NCBI GenBank assembly: GCA_012026655.1
Contig: JAAILG010000130.1
Location: 1-64,000 of the forward strand
DNA length: 64,000 bases
From: Hydrolagus affinis
Taxonomy: Eukaryota
Direction: 5' to 3'
Below are positions 25,327 to 36,424 of this stretch, one piece after another. The notes beneath the pieces are model-generated. The model ran no database searches. It saw only the letters and a list, made by a program, of their open reading frames with translations, and was not told the DNA's origin. Positions within the stretch are counted from its first letter, which is position 1. Every line of letters begins with the position of its first letter. A program made the position numbers and the translations under genes.

Positions 25327-25618
25327 AAACATAAAAATGCATTGTTGAACAGAGAAGTTTTAAGAGCAGGAAAGAATGGAGAGAGCAAGGCACCAGAGAC
25401 TGCGAGAAAGTTCTAAAAACCTGGGGTATAGTGGCTGAAGGCTCGGCCACCAATGGTGAGGTGGAAGCCTTGCGTACTGGGAATCGGTGGAGCCTGACAA
25501 GTACAGATTTACGGAACGCAGTGTGGGAGACAACACGAGCTTCAGAGTTTTGGATGAAATATACACACTGGATTGCACTGTTGCCTAAGAAAACAATCAC
25601 CGGAGTTGACAGTAATTA

Positions 25619-25784
25619 TAGCAAACTCCTGATAATTCGGCTTAAATTGTCACTACCACTTAAATCATTACACTGTCAATATCATAACCACTCACCTATT
25701 TATACGTGTATCTAACTCTCCACTCGGGAAAACCTGTCACTGAACACCTTTCCCTTGGAGTGATGAGTTATCAGGAGTTTACAG
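25619..25784. mobile_element. Putative Tc1/mariner (Tigger/pogo-like) MITE
   Basis: 20-bp terminal inverted repeats (TAGCAAACTCCTGATAATTC versus reverse complement CTGTAAACTCCTGATAACTC, 16/20 identical), each flanked by TA. Confidence 0.6.
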
Positions 25785-26471
25785 TATCCATGAAGAGCTT
25801 TGATATGTATGAACATGTTAAGGGGCAAATATAAAGTGCAAATCTTTTCTTCTTGAATGAAATGCTCATTTTCACCCACTTATTGATGAATTGATGAATT
25901 GCTCATTTACGTGTATCCCGACCAATCTATCTGGAGGGATTTGGGTCAGAAAACCAGGAGAGACTTTGATTTCTTTGCGAACATTGTCATGGAATCTCTG
26001 AAGGTTTCAACTGAAGAACTGCACCTTTGACAATTTCAAGGATATTACAAAAGCATCTCATTGCAGGAAACTATTTCAGTTCCTTTGACTTGATCAGATT
26101 TTTTTTTAAACAAACATTACTGTACCAAATTTGCTTAAAAAGCCACATCTTAGAATTAATTACAATTCTGGTCACACAGAAATTTGTGAGTTGAGTTGTA
26201 AGTGCACTTTGAGTGCCTGCAGTTTCTATGCTGGAGAAAATTACTTCATTCAAACACTTCAGAATAATGCAGGAGGAGTTAAATGAGAGAGATAGCTAAT
26301 CTCTTCTGTCGTGCCCAGTGTTAGAGAAAAACTATCTTGTCTCAGTCCTGTAAGTGGCACTCGCAGCAGGATATTGCAATCTTATCTCATATCCCATATC
26401 ACAATCCCCCTTCTTCCTATGTATATTCTGATGAATACACGAATGGGAACAAGGAAGCTAACAATCCTTCC

Positions 26472-26853
26472 TTTTCGTATAGCACCTGTTACTTCAGAAG
26501 GACATCTCAAAGCGAGATATGTTGTTACAGTTGCTAATGTACACAGGAGGTATTCCAGTGACTGTATGCAGCCAATTTGCACACAGCAATGTCCCACAAA
26601 CAGCCATGAAATGACTAACCAATTTAATCTTGAGAATTGTTAGCCAGGACTGGGGGAATCCGCAACATCCATCTGAACAGGCAGACGGGATCTCGGTTTA
26701 ATATTTCATACTGACTGATGACATCTTCTGCAAAGCAATGCTCACCCAGCACCTCATTGGAGAGGCAACATAGACTCTGTGCCCAAAGTCACTATGTGGG
26801 GCAACCCACAACCTTTTGACTCAGAGGTGAGATTGCCACTACCTGAGCCAGGC
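26472..26853 (-). mobile_element. Near full-length old Deu-domain SINE
   Basis: Head (AACCCACAACCTTTTGACTCAGAGGTGAG..CTGAGCC), Deu core (ACATCCATCTGAACAGGCAGACGGGATCTCGGTTTAA) and 3' half all in order. Confidence 0.88.
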
Positions 26854-28729
26854 ATTGTGTCTTACTATCAGTGTATTCAGGTTCATACTTTGGCATCTAC
26901 AAGAATGTGTTGAACTGGGACATTGTGAAGGGATGTACATTATTTTGCTCTGTTGCTGCTTTTTTCTACCGCTGTCTGTGCTTTGTTCTTTCTCCAGTCC
27001 TTGGAACACACTCTTCTCTTTTTCTGCAATTTCATTTATTCATTCTCTATCTTCTCTGTCTTTCAGAGACATTCACTCTCTCTCTCTCTCCGATTCCACT
27101 TTTAATTAGCTTAGCTTTAATTTTAAGATTAGTGCAAAGTCACTACACTTTACGGCAAATCCTGTAAAGCTCTTTGAAACACCCTCTGACACGAGAGACA
27201 CAATATCAAATAAGAGGATTATTTTTACTATTAAGATTAGGTCCCATTGTTTTGGATCTCTCTACAGACGGAAAATCATCTGGTATCTAGCTTGTCAATT
27301 CCCTTTGTTACTTTAAACTCCTGTTTAATTAATTCAGTGTAGATAGTAACTCAAAGGCGAGCACAGCTGAAAGTCTCGAGTGTTACCAGTTCTGCAGTCA
27401 ATACCTTACCGTGGTTCTGTCCGCTAAAGTCTGACAAAACAATTAGCTTTCCAACATTAAAAACTAGCCATAACATTGACAATAACAGCCTATTGATTAT
27501 CGCTGATTCTAGACATTACATTCTAATCTAATGGTTTTACAAATGTAATTTTGTTGTTGGTTTTTTTGCTGTTGTACTCATTAATGATTCAAAGAAGAGA
27601 CCACAATCCAGCCAACTATATAGTCTTACCATCACAGGATGAGCAAAGTGGAGGCTTGCACGAAATATAAACACCGACACAGACCAGTTAGGCCTAACGG
27701 CCTGTTTCCACGCCGCACGGTTTATGGCAGTGTAAAAGGACAGGGAATAGAATGAAACTATCTTCTCTCAGTTTGGTTTGCATACTCGTGAGCATGGTGA
27801 CAGGTTTTGCATGGGTCAGACACCTTGCTGACTCTCCCCCCCACCCCACATCTCCCCCTCCAAAAAATTATGCCTGCTGTTGTCTACTTGAAATCTTTGT
27901 TGGTTTGAGCGTAGGCTGACCATTTGCAGTGCAACAGGAAATAGAGCAGCTGAGGTTGAGGAAATTAATCCATGGCATGCAATAAGAATTCCATTTCCTT
28001 GTGTAAATGGGTCTTTAGAGAGATTCCTCTCTGCACATCCCTGATATATGGCCTTCATTACATCTCCAGTCTAGTGGCTGGTTTCAGATAGGCTGCGTCC
28101 GCTGGGGTATAACAATGACAGTTCTTTGACTCCTAGTTCAACTGCTGAGATTAGGTATAAAGGCTTTATATAATTATACACCATTATGCTATGTGATGTG
28201 AGTATAATTGTGGGATAATCACAGCACTGGGATAAGGGCCATTTCACCATCAGTTATTTTTACGATACGCAACCTGAGAGGCTGATACCCAATAAAACTG
28301 CAGCTCATGTCAGATGGCGATGGTGCATTCTCACTCAGAATAAAAATAAACGACTGCTCATACTCAGCAGGTGGTTTTAAAAGCTCACAAAAACAGCTCA
28401 TTTCAAATTATTTTATTTCATTTTAAACCTCTCCCCAGTGAAACTGGCAGAATTCGTTGTTAGTCTGGCTCAGTTCTGCACTCTTGTCTCTCATCACAAG
28501 GTTGCGGCTGAAGCCCCCTACTCCAGGACTGTGTCTCGTAATCTTGGCTTGATACTTCAACTGAGAGATTGTTACATTGCTTTAAGATATTGTTCTTCAG
28601 ATGTAACGTTAAGCTGAGGTAGATCTGTTGAAGTGGATGTTTAGGACCCCGTGACAGTATTAAAAAGAGACAGAAGATTCTCCCTGTTAAAAAGGGCCAA
28701 TACTCCCCCAGACAAAATTGATTTGAAGA

Positions 28730-29358
28730 CACAGGGTTAACTTCCATATGTATGCAGATGACACTCAACTCTAGTTTTCCACCCACAGTTGCGACTCTCA
28801 GTTTCCATGATCTTTTGTCAGCCTGTATGTCGGACATCAAGAGCTGGATGAGCCCAAATTTCCTGAAGTTAAACGTCACCAAAATGGAAGCCATACTCTT
28901 TAGCTCCTTTCAACATCTTCTGTCCCATGGTTCCATCCTCCTCAACTTACCCTTAAAACTCTCCAAACCTGTACAAAACTTAGGTGTCAGGTTCGACACC
29001 CAGTTATCCTTCCTTCCCCACACCTGGTCTCTGATCAGCACCACTTTCTTCAATCTCCGCCACATTGCCAAACTCCATCAATACCACACCCAAAATCTGC
29101 CAAAACCCTTGTCAATGCCTTTTTCACCTCTTGGCTGCACTTCTCTAATGCCCTCCCTTGCTGGTCTCCCCTCCTCCACCACTCACAAAATTCAGTTCAT
29201 CCAGAACTCCACTGCCTACATTCTCACCCACACCAAACTTCGTACCCCCAATTACTCCAGCCTTTGCCAAACTCAAGTGACTCCCTGTAACAGAGTGGAT
29301 TGACTTCAAGATCTTCACTCTAATGTTTAAATCCCTCCATTGCTTGGCACTCTCCTAT
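28730..29358 (+). mobile_element. L2 LINE ORF2 (reverse transcriptase) fragment, disabled
   Basis: FHMYADDTQL* (YADD at 28751), then after a frameshift LSACMSDIKSWMSPNFLKLNVTKMEAILF..VQNLGVRFDTQLSF..FFNLRHIAKL..LAGLPSSTTHKIQFIQNS. Confidence 0.95.
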
Positions 29359-29379
29359 TCTGATTTGAAGTAGGAATCT

Positions 29380-29524
29380 CCCACAACACAGTACCCCACC
29401 TCTCACAGTACTGCACTAGAGTGTTAGCCTAGACTGTGAGCTCAAAGGGTGAGAGGTTGGGTGGATGGAACCCATAACCTTTTGTCCCAGAGGCAAGATG
29501 CTACCAACTGTGCCAAGCTGACAC
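29380..29524 (-). mobile_element. Deu-SINE head fragment
   Basis: AGTACTGCACTAGAGTGTTAGCCTAGA..GAACCCATAACCTTTTGTCCCAGAGGCAAGATGCTACCAACTG. Confidence 0.8.
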
Positions 29525-30559
29525 AAGGTCAGGATCATTTCTGGTTGACACAGTCAGAGTGAACTGTGTAACAGTGCGCAATCTACCTTGGGGTGGAAGA
29601 AAAAACTCAGGAAGGAGACCTGGAAATGGACCTTATGTTGAACAACATGGGAGATAATCGTGACCTGCCCAATGCCTGGAAACAGGACGTTTGGCAAAGT
29701 GGGAAAATAAGCCGTCAGAAACTGATTTAGCCTGAACAAGTGACATTCGGAGGCTGAATCGTGGTACTTTCCAAGGGGAGTCGAGGGAGGGTCAAATTAC
29801 AAAGGGAAATATGCTTTCAATTAGAAACAGACAGTTCACTCCAGCATGTAGCATGGGCCATGTTGATTACATCCTGATTGGCTGGTAAGGCTCCAGCTGC
29901 TGACCTGTGACAGGAAATCACTGTCAGGAAATCAGGAAGTAAACAAGCAAAAGTGAAAGGTTGTTATATACAAAGACATCACAAGAGACTCTATAGAAAA
30001 GGATTATTTTCCCCTGAGCTGTAACCTCAACACTTGGTGCTATTTCCTGTTGTGCCTTTTTTTTTGTCCTGTGCTTCAACTGTTTACAGCACAGAGCGGA
30101 GGCTTGTTAATCTGAATAGCAGCCTTGTGTTTTTGTTGAGGCATTTATATAATTTCCTTCGCACATTTGGCAGCGAATCAGTATTATGAATCCAGTAGCG
30201 CCTCAGCTAATTAGCCCAGATTGACAAATGACCAGTGCGTGTGAATGTTGCTTGGTTTGAAGAATGGATCGTTAGCTGTAACCAATAGAGTTCTTTGCAT
30301 CGTGGTGTGGCTGTGTTCGTTCACTGAGAAATATTGCTGTTTCATTCATTTAAAAAAAAATTTAAATCAACTTTGAATCTCAAATAACAGAGGTATGGAA
30401 AGCTTTTGTTTGTTTACACACGTGGATTTGGGAAATAAGGTTATGAAATATTTACCACAAACGGCTGATTCTGACAAATATTTCAATGAGTCTTGCATAA
30501 AAATGTAATGGAAAATAATGTTGAACACTATAAGAAAGAACAGGGGAATAGGATTGAAG

Positions 30560-30708
30560 TAGAGAGCTCCAGTAACAGAGAGTGAACACCAGCGCTGACA
30601 CGATTAAAAACCAAGCGGGAGATTGAGATTGGAGTGAGGAGCTCCAGTGGGGGAAACAACACGGTGGATTGAATGGCTTCCTTCTGTGCTGTTAATTTTC
30701 TATGAATC
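30560..30708 (+). mobile_element. CR1-type 3'UTR tail
   Basis: GAATGGCTTCCTTCTGTGCTGTTAATTTTCTATGAATC terminal signature. Confidence 0.65.
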
Positions 30709-30899
30709 ACAAATCGTGTGCACTTATCTTTAGACAAATTGTGACCAGTATTTAAATAGTAAGGTCATGTGTGGTGATTTTCGCAGAGTTATATATCCAG
30801 TAAACTGTAAAGCAATTATTGTTATGTTGGGAAATTAATTGAAAACTGCTCGAGAAAACTGAATGTTTTTTTTAGTGAGATTTCTCTTATCCATCTCTG

Positions 30900-31450
30900 A
30901 GCTAGGCTGGCCCCAAGGTGATGCACTTGGCAATGAATTAAGTCCACCCTCTGTGGTGGTCTCAATAGTCCAGATCCTGGGGCAGGTAAGTCCACAGTCC
31001 TCAAGGGCACTTCTGATGACAGACCATCCAGTCTGACTCACTGGCAGCACATGGGAGTAGAGATTCTTACACATTCAGCCTCTGGTAAACGCACAAGCCC
31101 AAGCCTAAATGAGGGTCTTAGTTGGATCAGGTAGGGAAGCTTGCCAGACAGTGCTTTCAATTAACAACTGGAACAGGTTTCCAGGAATGGTAGCCTAGGG
31201 CAGGCACTGAACACATTTTAAAAGACCGTTTGATACTGTGATGGGAGTGACTGAAAGGTGGATATTCTAAAATGAATGAAATCAAATGGATCAAGGAACC
31301 TTCTTCACCTAAACTTATCTTGAAAATGGTAAACTAGGCTGTTTTAGCTGGTTGCATTCCAGCAGGTCTTACATGCACACTTGGCTTTTGTCAATCTGTG
31401 CCTAGTATTCTCCGGAATTAAGTTAGCGCGGTGTGTCCCTCCAGGGAGAG
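30900..31450 (+). mobile_element. Old interspersed repeat, possibly LF-SINE-related, split by a CR1 insertion
   Basis: Shares AGCTTGCCAGACAG..TTTCAAT|GG..A.CTA..TCCAGCAG..CTTGGCT.TTG with copies at 46487-46720 (+) and 43262-43470 (-). Confidence 0.65.
31162..31324 (+). mobile_element. CR1 3' end fragment nested in an older repeat
   Basis: ACTGGAACAGG..TTTAAAAGACCGTTTGATACTGTGATG..GGTGGATATTCT..AAATGG is homologous to 34800-35022, 44510-44780 and 49895-50245. Confidence 0.75.
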
Positions 31451-31569
31451 TGTGCGTCCCATTTCAGACACAGGAACATTTCCACGTGTAGTGTGCTTAG
31501 AAGCTCTGAGAAAGAATCCGAATGAAAAGTAGATTCTCAGCACAATAATCTGTGCGTTTTTGATTATGT

Positions 31570-31927
31570 CCAATGCACTCATTATGTCAAAATATCTTAA
31601 CTTACTTCACAGGGAAATGCTATCAAGTGTAGTGACTATATTTGTTGGCAACCAATTAGTGCAAAGCAAGATTCCTCAAACACCTATGAAGTGGGTGATT
31701 TATCTGGGAGACCTGCTTTTCTTTGAATAATGTCATAGGATCTTCACCAGTGTTTGATCTTTAACTTTAACTGAATAGGTAGACAAGACTTTGACTTAAA
31801 ATCTCACCCAAAGGACCAAACCATGCTGCCCCACAACTACACGGGTGTGTCAGCTCATACATTGGAGCTTGAACCCACAACCTTCTGTGCCAGAGACAAG
31901 TGGACTACCAACTGAGCCAGGCTGACA
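31570..31927 (-). mobile_element. Decayed Deu-domain SINE
   Basis: CTTGAACCCACAACCTTCTGTGCCAGAG..CTACCAACTGAGCCAGGCTGACA head plus a decayed body. Confidence 0.75.
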
Positions 31928-31967
31928 GCTAAAATACACAGTCACTGTAGTTTACAATATAAAATAT

Positions 31968-32273
31968 GAGCTTCTGTAGCTCAGTGGTTGTAGCACTCGC
32001 CTTACAAACTTGAGAACTGTGTTCGAATCCAGGCAGATCAGGGCAAGTATCTAACTCCACACGCCTAATAATAATCCGTCCAAAAAACACACGATAATAA
32101 AATTAGTAATTTAAATCCATGACTGTTTGTGGGACACTGCTGTGTGCAATTGGCTGCTGCATTTCACCCACAAATATACAGTCAATTCACTTTACAGTAT
32201 ATTCTGCAAAGCGCTTTGAGACGTCGATAAGATGTGAATAGCGCTATATCAAATGCAAGGATTATTATTATTA
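31968..32273 (+). mobile_element. Full-length young tRNA-SINE (short form)
   Basis: A box TAGCTCAGTGG, B box GTTCGAATCC, L2-like tail and (ATT)n. Inserted into an older SINE tail (31931-31967 / 32276-32338) with an ATATGA-like duplication. Confidence 0.95.
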
Positions 32274-32899
32274 TATGAACTGCTTTGTGTCAACCTCACA
32301 ATGTGTAAAGTGTTGTATCAAATGGAAGTATTATTATTTTCGTCTTTCAAGGTTAAAGCTCTTCCCTCAGTTTCCGCAGGGTTCAGAAAAAAATTCTTTG
32401 AAAACCTAATTTGGTGTGGGAATGACAGTGCATGCTATGGCAGCACTCCCCAGTAGTGAAAACATGAGAACTGATGCTTTTCATTCATCAGCACCTGATT
32501 TGTTTAATGGTGCCAGTTTTCAAGGCAATATTTGATTTAAAATGCACATCATTCAAAACTATTGCAGCTTGTGAGACACAGATAAATGGGCAGACTGAGT
32601 GAGCTTAGCAGAGAGCCCTTTCTAATAACAAATACCCTTCTTACACTTGAGTTGAAACTGGGATTATTAAAAGGTTATTAGATGTAGAGCTGTCACCTCT
32701 TATCTTTAAACTTGTCAAGGGGAACGAGATGTAGTCACAAGTTGCTTTATCATTTGCGTTTTCAAATTTAAAATGAGCAATATCTTTAAACCAACCGATT
32801 AGTTCAAGAAATTAATTGCTGTTTTTTTTCTTTCTTACCGTGTGGCCAATATGCTGATCGCATTCAATGCAACTAAATTGTAAATGCTTCCAAGCTAAA

Positions 32900-33156
32900 A
32901 GTCCCGTCACTTTAACCTGCTTTCACTCGACCGACGGAAAGTCGGAGGGTTCCCTTTAGCAGAGGTCAGAGGGTTGCTCGTGAGACACAGGACTTTGTTA
33001 GTGGAACTCAAACTCAACCATTGAGGATATAGTGGACCATCTCCTATAACAACATGCGGAGTAAGGAAACTTGCCTAAGGTTTCGCCCCGCCTGGGCATC
33101 GTACCCGAGTCCTCTCGTTTGCTAGGAGAACGCGATAAACATTATGCTAGGGTACT
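32900..33156 (-). mobile_element. tRNA-SINE variant: shared head, different body
   Basis: Minus strand TAGCATAATG..GGTACGATGCCCAGGCGGGGCGAAACCTTAGGCAAGTTTCCTTACTCCGCATG, then sequence unlike the other SINEs. Left boundary uncertain. Confidence 0.6.
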
Positions 33157-33589
33157 TAATGAATAAGAGCATGTTAGGAATAGTGAAAGGGGGCACGAAG
33201 ACCAGCTAGATTGGAACAACATTTCTAATCCATTGAGTTAGATTTATAGCTATTAAACAATAACTTGTCTTGCTTACATACTGGTATAGCAATTGAAAGC
33301 TCCTGTTGTGTTGAATGTTTTTGCCGAATCCATTTTCAGATTTGGAGCCGGTGTAATAAGTGGATAATTGACGAGCCATTTACTGGAAAAAAAACATCTC
33401 TTCGCTTAAATGGCCACTTTATAAAGAAAATGTTATAGCTGCCAACCTAGTTAATTTTACACTGTGCTCAGTAGTTTTCTGCTCGCGGAATAGAAGGGTA
33501 TGAGAGAGTTAGGAATGAGTGGAGACTCATGCGGAGTTATAATCACTAGCATGGACTAGTAACACTGTTTCCATGCTGTACAGTCTTTT

Positions 33590-33914
33590 GTTCTTCCCAT
33601 TCCACTACCTACTTGCTCTCGCTCGGCGAGCTCTGCTTGACATCCTGCTTGACCCTCCTTCCCTCCGTTCCACCATTGGCGTCCGCGCTTTCAGTTACTG
33701 CACCTTGCGGTTCTGGAACTCTTTCCCCAAATCCATCCACCTTGCCCCACTCCTACCACTCTTTTAGACCATGACTGATGACATTCCTCTTCGACCATAC
33801 TTATGGCCACCTCCTTCCTCCCCACCCCCCGGCTCGGCATTAGGCTCCGCCACCATCAAGCACGCTGAGAAACTGCCCCACGTAAAGAGTGCTATGTGAA
33901 TGCAAGTTGTTGTT
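33590..33914 (+). mobile_element. L2 3' end
   Basis: RSTIGVRAFSYCTLRFWNSFPKSIHLAP, then tail AAGAGTGCTATGTGAATGCAAGTTGTTGTT. Confidence 0.85.
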
Positions 33915-34149
33915 TGCATATCTGTGCTTTCCCAGAAAACTGATGGTAGGAAATCCCGAAGCCGAGCAGTATCTTGAGAGCTAATTCTTTTTAGTGTTAA
34001 TCCTATGGATTAATTCTTGTCATTCTTAAAAATTTGTTTTATTCGGTCTATGTAAATCACCAGTGCACCACACAGCACAAAAGGATGCTGACACCGAGGA
34101 ATATGCAAAGGCTTTAAAATTATACATATGGATCTTTCATCAATCTATG

Positions 34150-34340
34150 TAGAGAATTTGTATCGAAAGAAGCCATTCTGCCTATCGAGTGTCTGCTGAT
34201 TCCTTGAATGGAGCGATGTACTCTAATCCCAATTGCCTCCTCTTTGCCCCGTTCCTTTTTATAACATTGTGATCTTGGCTTAGTTTTAATAGAAACATGT
34301 GCAAAGCATTCCAATGTTCTAACAATGCTCTGTTGTGGAA
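34150..34340 (-). mobile_element. Decayed CR1 3' end
   Basis: AGAAGCCATTCTGCCTATCGAGTGTCTGCTG and CATTCCAATGTTCTAACAATGCTCTG are reverse CR1 terminal motifs. Confidence 0.55.
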
Positions 34341-34799
34341 AATATTCATCCAAATTCTTTCAGTAACAAACACTGAACTGGTTCCCCCCGTATTACTGAC
34401 TCTCCAGTCAGTGGGAATAATCTTGATGGTTCACTCAAAAAACTCTTAGCATTTTGATGATCTGTTAGATCCACTGTTCACATGATCATTCCAATGAGCG
34501 TTGCGTTAATCAGTCACAGTGACTTGCGATAACTGAACGTGATATTGGTTGTATTATGCAGAACAATGGAAATCCTGAATCCATCAGCAAGTTTTGCCAG
34601 CTGTACTGATGGTTCTTTGTTTGAAATAACTCGCAAGGGTTGATGTCCCACCTTATCTGTTGCAAATGTAAAGTTTGACACAACCACAGCTGACATGTAT
34701 AAAAGACTGTGAGAGGGGCAAGTGGTCTGTTCTCAAAGCCTTGCCACTCTGAGACTGGCCACTGGGAGGCCTATGAGAGCAGCCTAGAGTGACACCCAG

Positions 34800-35022
34800 A
34801 CAAGAGGACAAAGGTTCAGGGGTTGCATAAAACAATTTCACAACAGCATTTCTTTATCCAGAGAGTAATTAATATCTGAAACCTGATACCAGGAAGGCTG
34901 ATTGAGCCCAGGGTGCTGGACTTGTTTAAGAAACGGCTTGACGCTGTGATACGAAGTTGGTAGGGTAGATATTTTGGAAGGATGAGATCAGAAGGGCTCA
35001 AAGGCCTTTGGACTCTTCTTCA
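34800..35022 (+). mobile_element. CR1 3' end
   Basis: CAAGAGGACA..HFFIQRVINI..FKKRLDAVI plus GATGAGATCAGAAGGGCTCAAAGGCC 3'UTR. Confidence 0.8.
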
Positions 35023-35687
35023 TTTTTCCCTTCTTGCACATCAGGAAGTGTTGGCTTCATCTTCACACCTTCTTGTGTGATAGGATCCATGATGTGAACT
35101 AATGAACACTTACTTCTGATTGCCTGGAATATCTCAACTGGGGGAGGGATCCTCATTCTTTCACAGTACCCTCTACCCCCACCTAATTACTGTGTGACTA
35201 CTGATAGGTACAGTGTTTTCCTGCCTTCTTTTCATTTAAACATGTTACATATAGCATAGAACTGGTACCCTGTTATTGTAGTTAACTGGACTTAAATGAA
35301 TGCTTTCATTTGTCTCCCATTTTCGAATAAAAATGCCATGAATCAGAAAGTTAGAGGTGCCACATTTGTTTGGAATTTTGTTTGCAAATTTTGTTTGGAA
35401 TTATGTTTGAGCTGTTGGTCAAGGCAGGTGATCCTGAGCAATGCGAGGGAGCCCTATGTTGCTCTAGAAAGGTTGTTCTTGAATGAGACATTAAACTGCT
35501 CAATGAGTATTAAGTTCTCAAACCACAATTGGAAAATAGGAGGGACTTTTTCCTGGTGGCCAACAAAACTCCCATTGAATTGATCATTCACCTCAATGGC
35601 TGATTGCAGGAATTCGCTGTGTGCAAAATTATTACAAAATACAGCCCCCTACATGTTAAAAGCAAGCCACATGAATTGCCTTGAGAC

Positions 35688-35831
35688 ATAATAATAATCC
35701 TCGCATTTGATAACGCACTTTTCATGTCTTCAAAGCGCTTCACAGAATATACTGAAAAGTGAATTGACTACCATATATTTGTAGTTGAAATGTGGCAGCC
35801 AATTGCACTCGGCAGTGTCCCACAAACAATT
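35688..35831 (-). mobile_element. tRNA-SINE 3' half
   Basis: Matches the dominant SINE; abuts a decayed plus-strand Deu-SINE fragment (~35530-35687). Confidence 0.88.
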
Positions 35832-36424
35832 CAATTTTATAAGCGCTTTGAAAGTTCTTTCATAACCCAACCTAGCGAGCCTTACTTAACAGCGCTATGG
35901 TAAAGCTCCACATACCAAATCCATCAGACTCAGTAAGCTCAGACTTATTTGCTTAGCCAAATCAAACCCTGGAGTAATAAACTGGGATATTTCATAACAA
36001 CTGACCATGGTTTGCTGGAATATTTATGAGTGTTCACCACCTGCAGTAAACAACAGTCCACAATGCAGCTCACTGCTCTGCTATGGAACATTAGTAAGTA
36101 GATTAATGGGTGGAAAAAAACACCTTGATTGTCCAAAAGAGTGGGTGTTAGTACACAATAAATTCCTAAACCAAGTAATATAGATTGCACATGTGAGTTC
36201 TTAATGGACTGTGTTCTGCCTGATTCTAAGGAACAATTCCAAGAGACTGTTCCAATGTTTTTTTATGAATAACCCAGCTTTTTTTTTGTAATGCTGGAAA
36301 TAGGATAGGTAATTAAAGAGCAGGGAGCAGCCAAAAATTCCCATCAGCTGCCTGTCTCCAATTTTAGCATCGAGGTACACTGCAGCATTCATCATAGCCA
36401 TATACTGCAGCATTCATTATTTGT

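Noticed and set aside
28752-29303. Longest ORF in the window (183 aa)
   Set aside because: It is a disabled L2 RT fragment; the YADD motif is in another frame followed by a stop, so there is no sign of domestication.
31968-32040. tRNA-like sequences with A and B boxes (also at 39407, 40538, 41529, 44296, 60004)
   Set aside because: Each continues into the SINE body, so they are SINE heads rather than tRNA genes.
36379-36418. Short direct repeats (ACTGCAGCATTCAT x2; similar at ~13080, ~20103, ~51150)
   Set aside because: Ordinary slippage duplications with no element between them.
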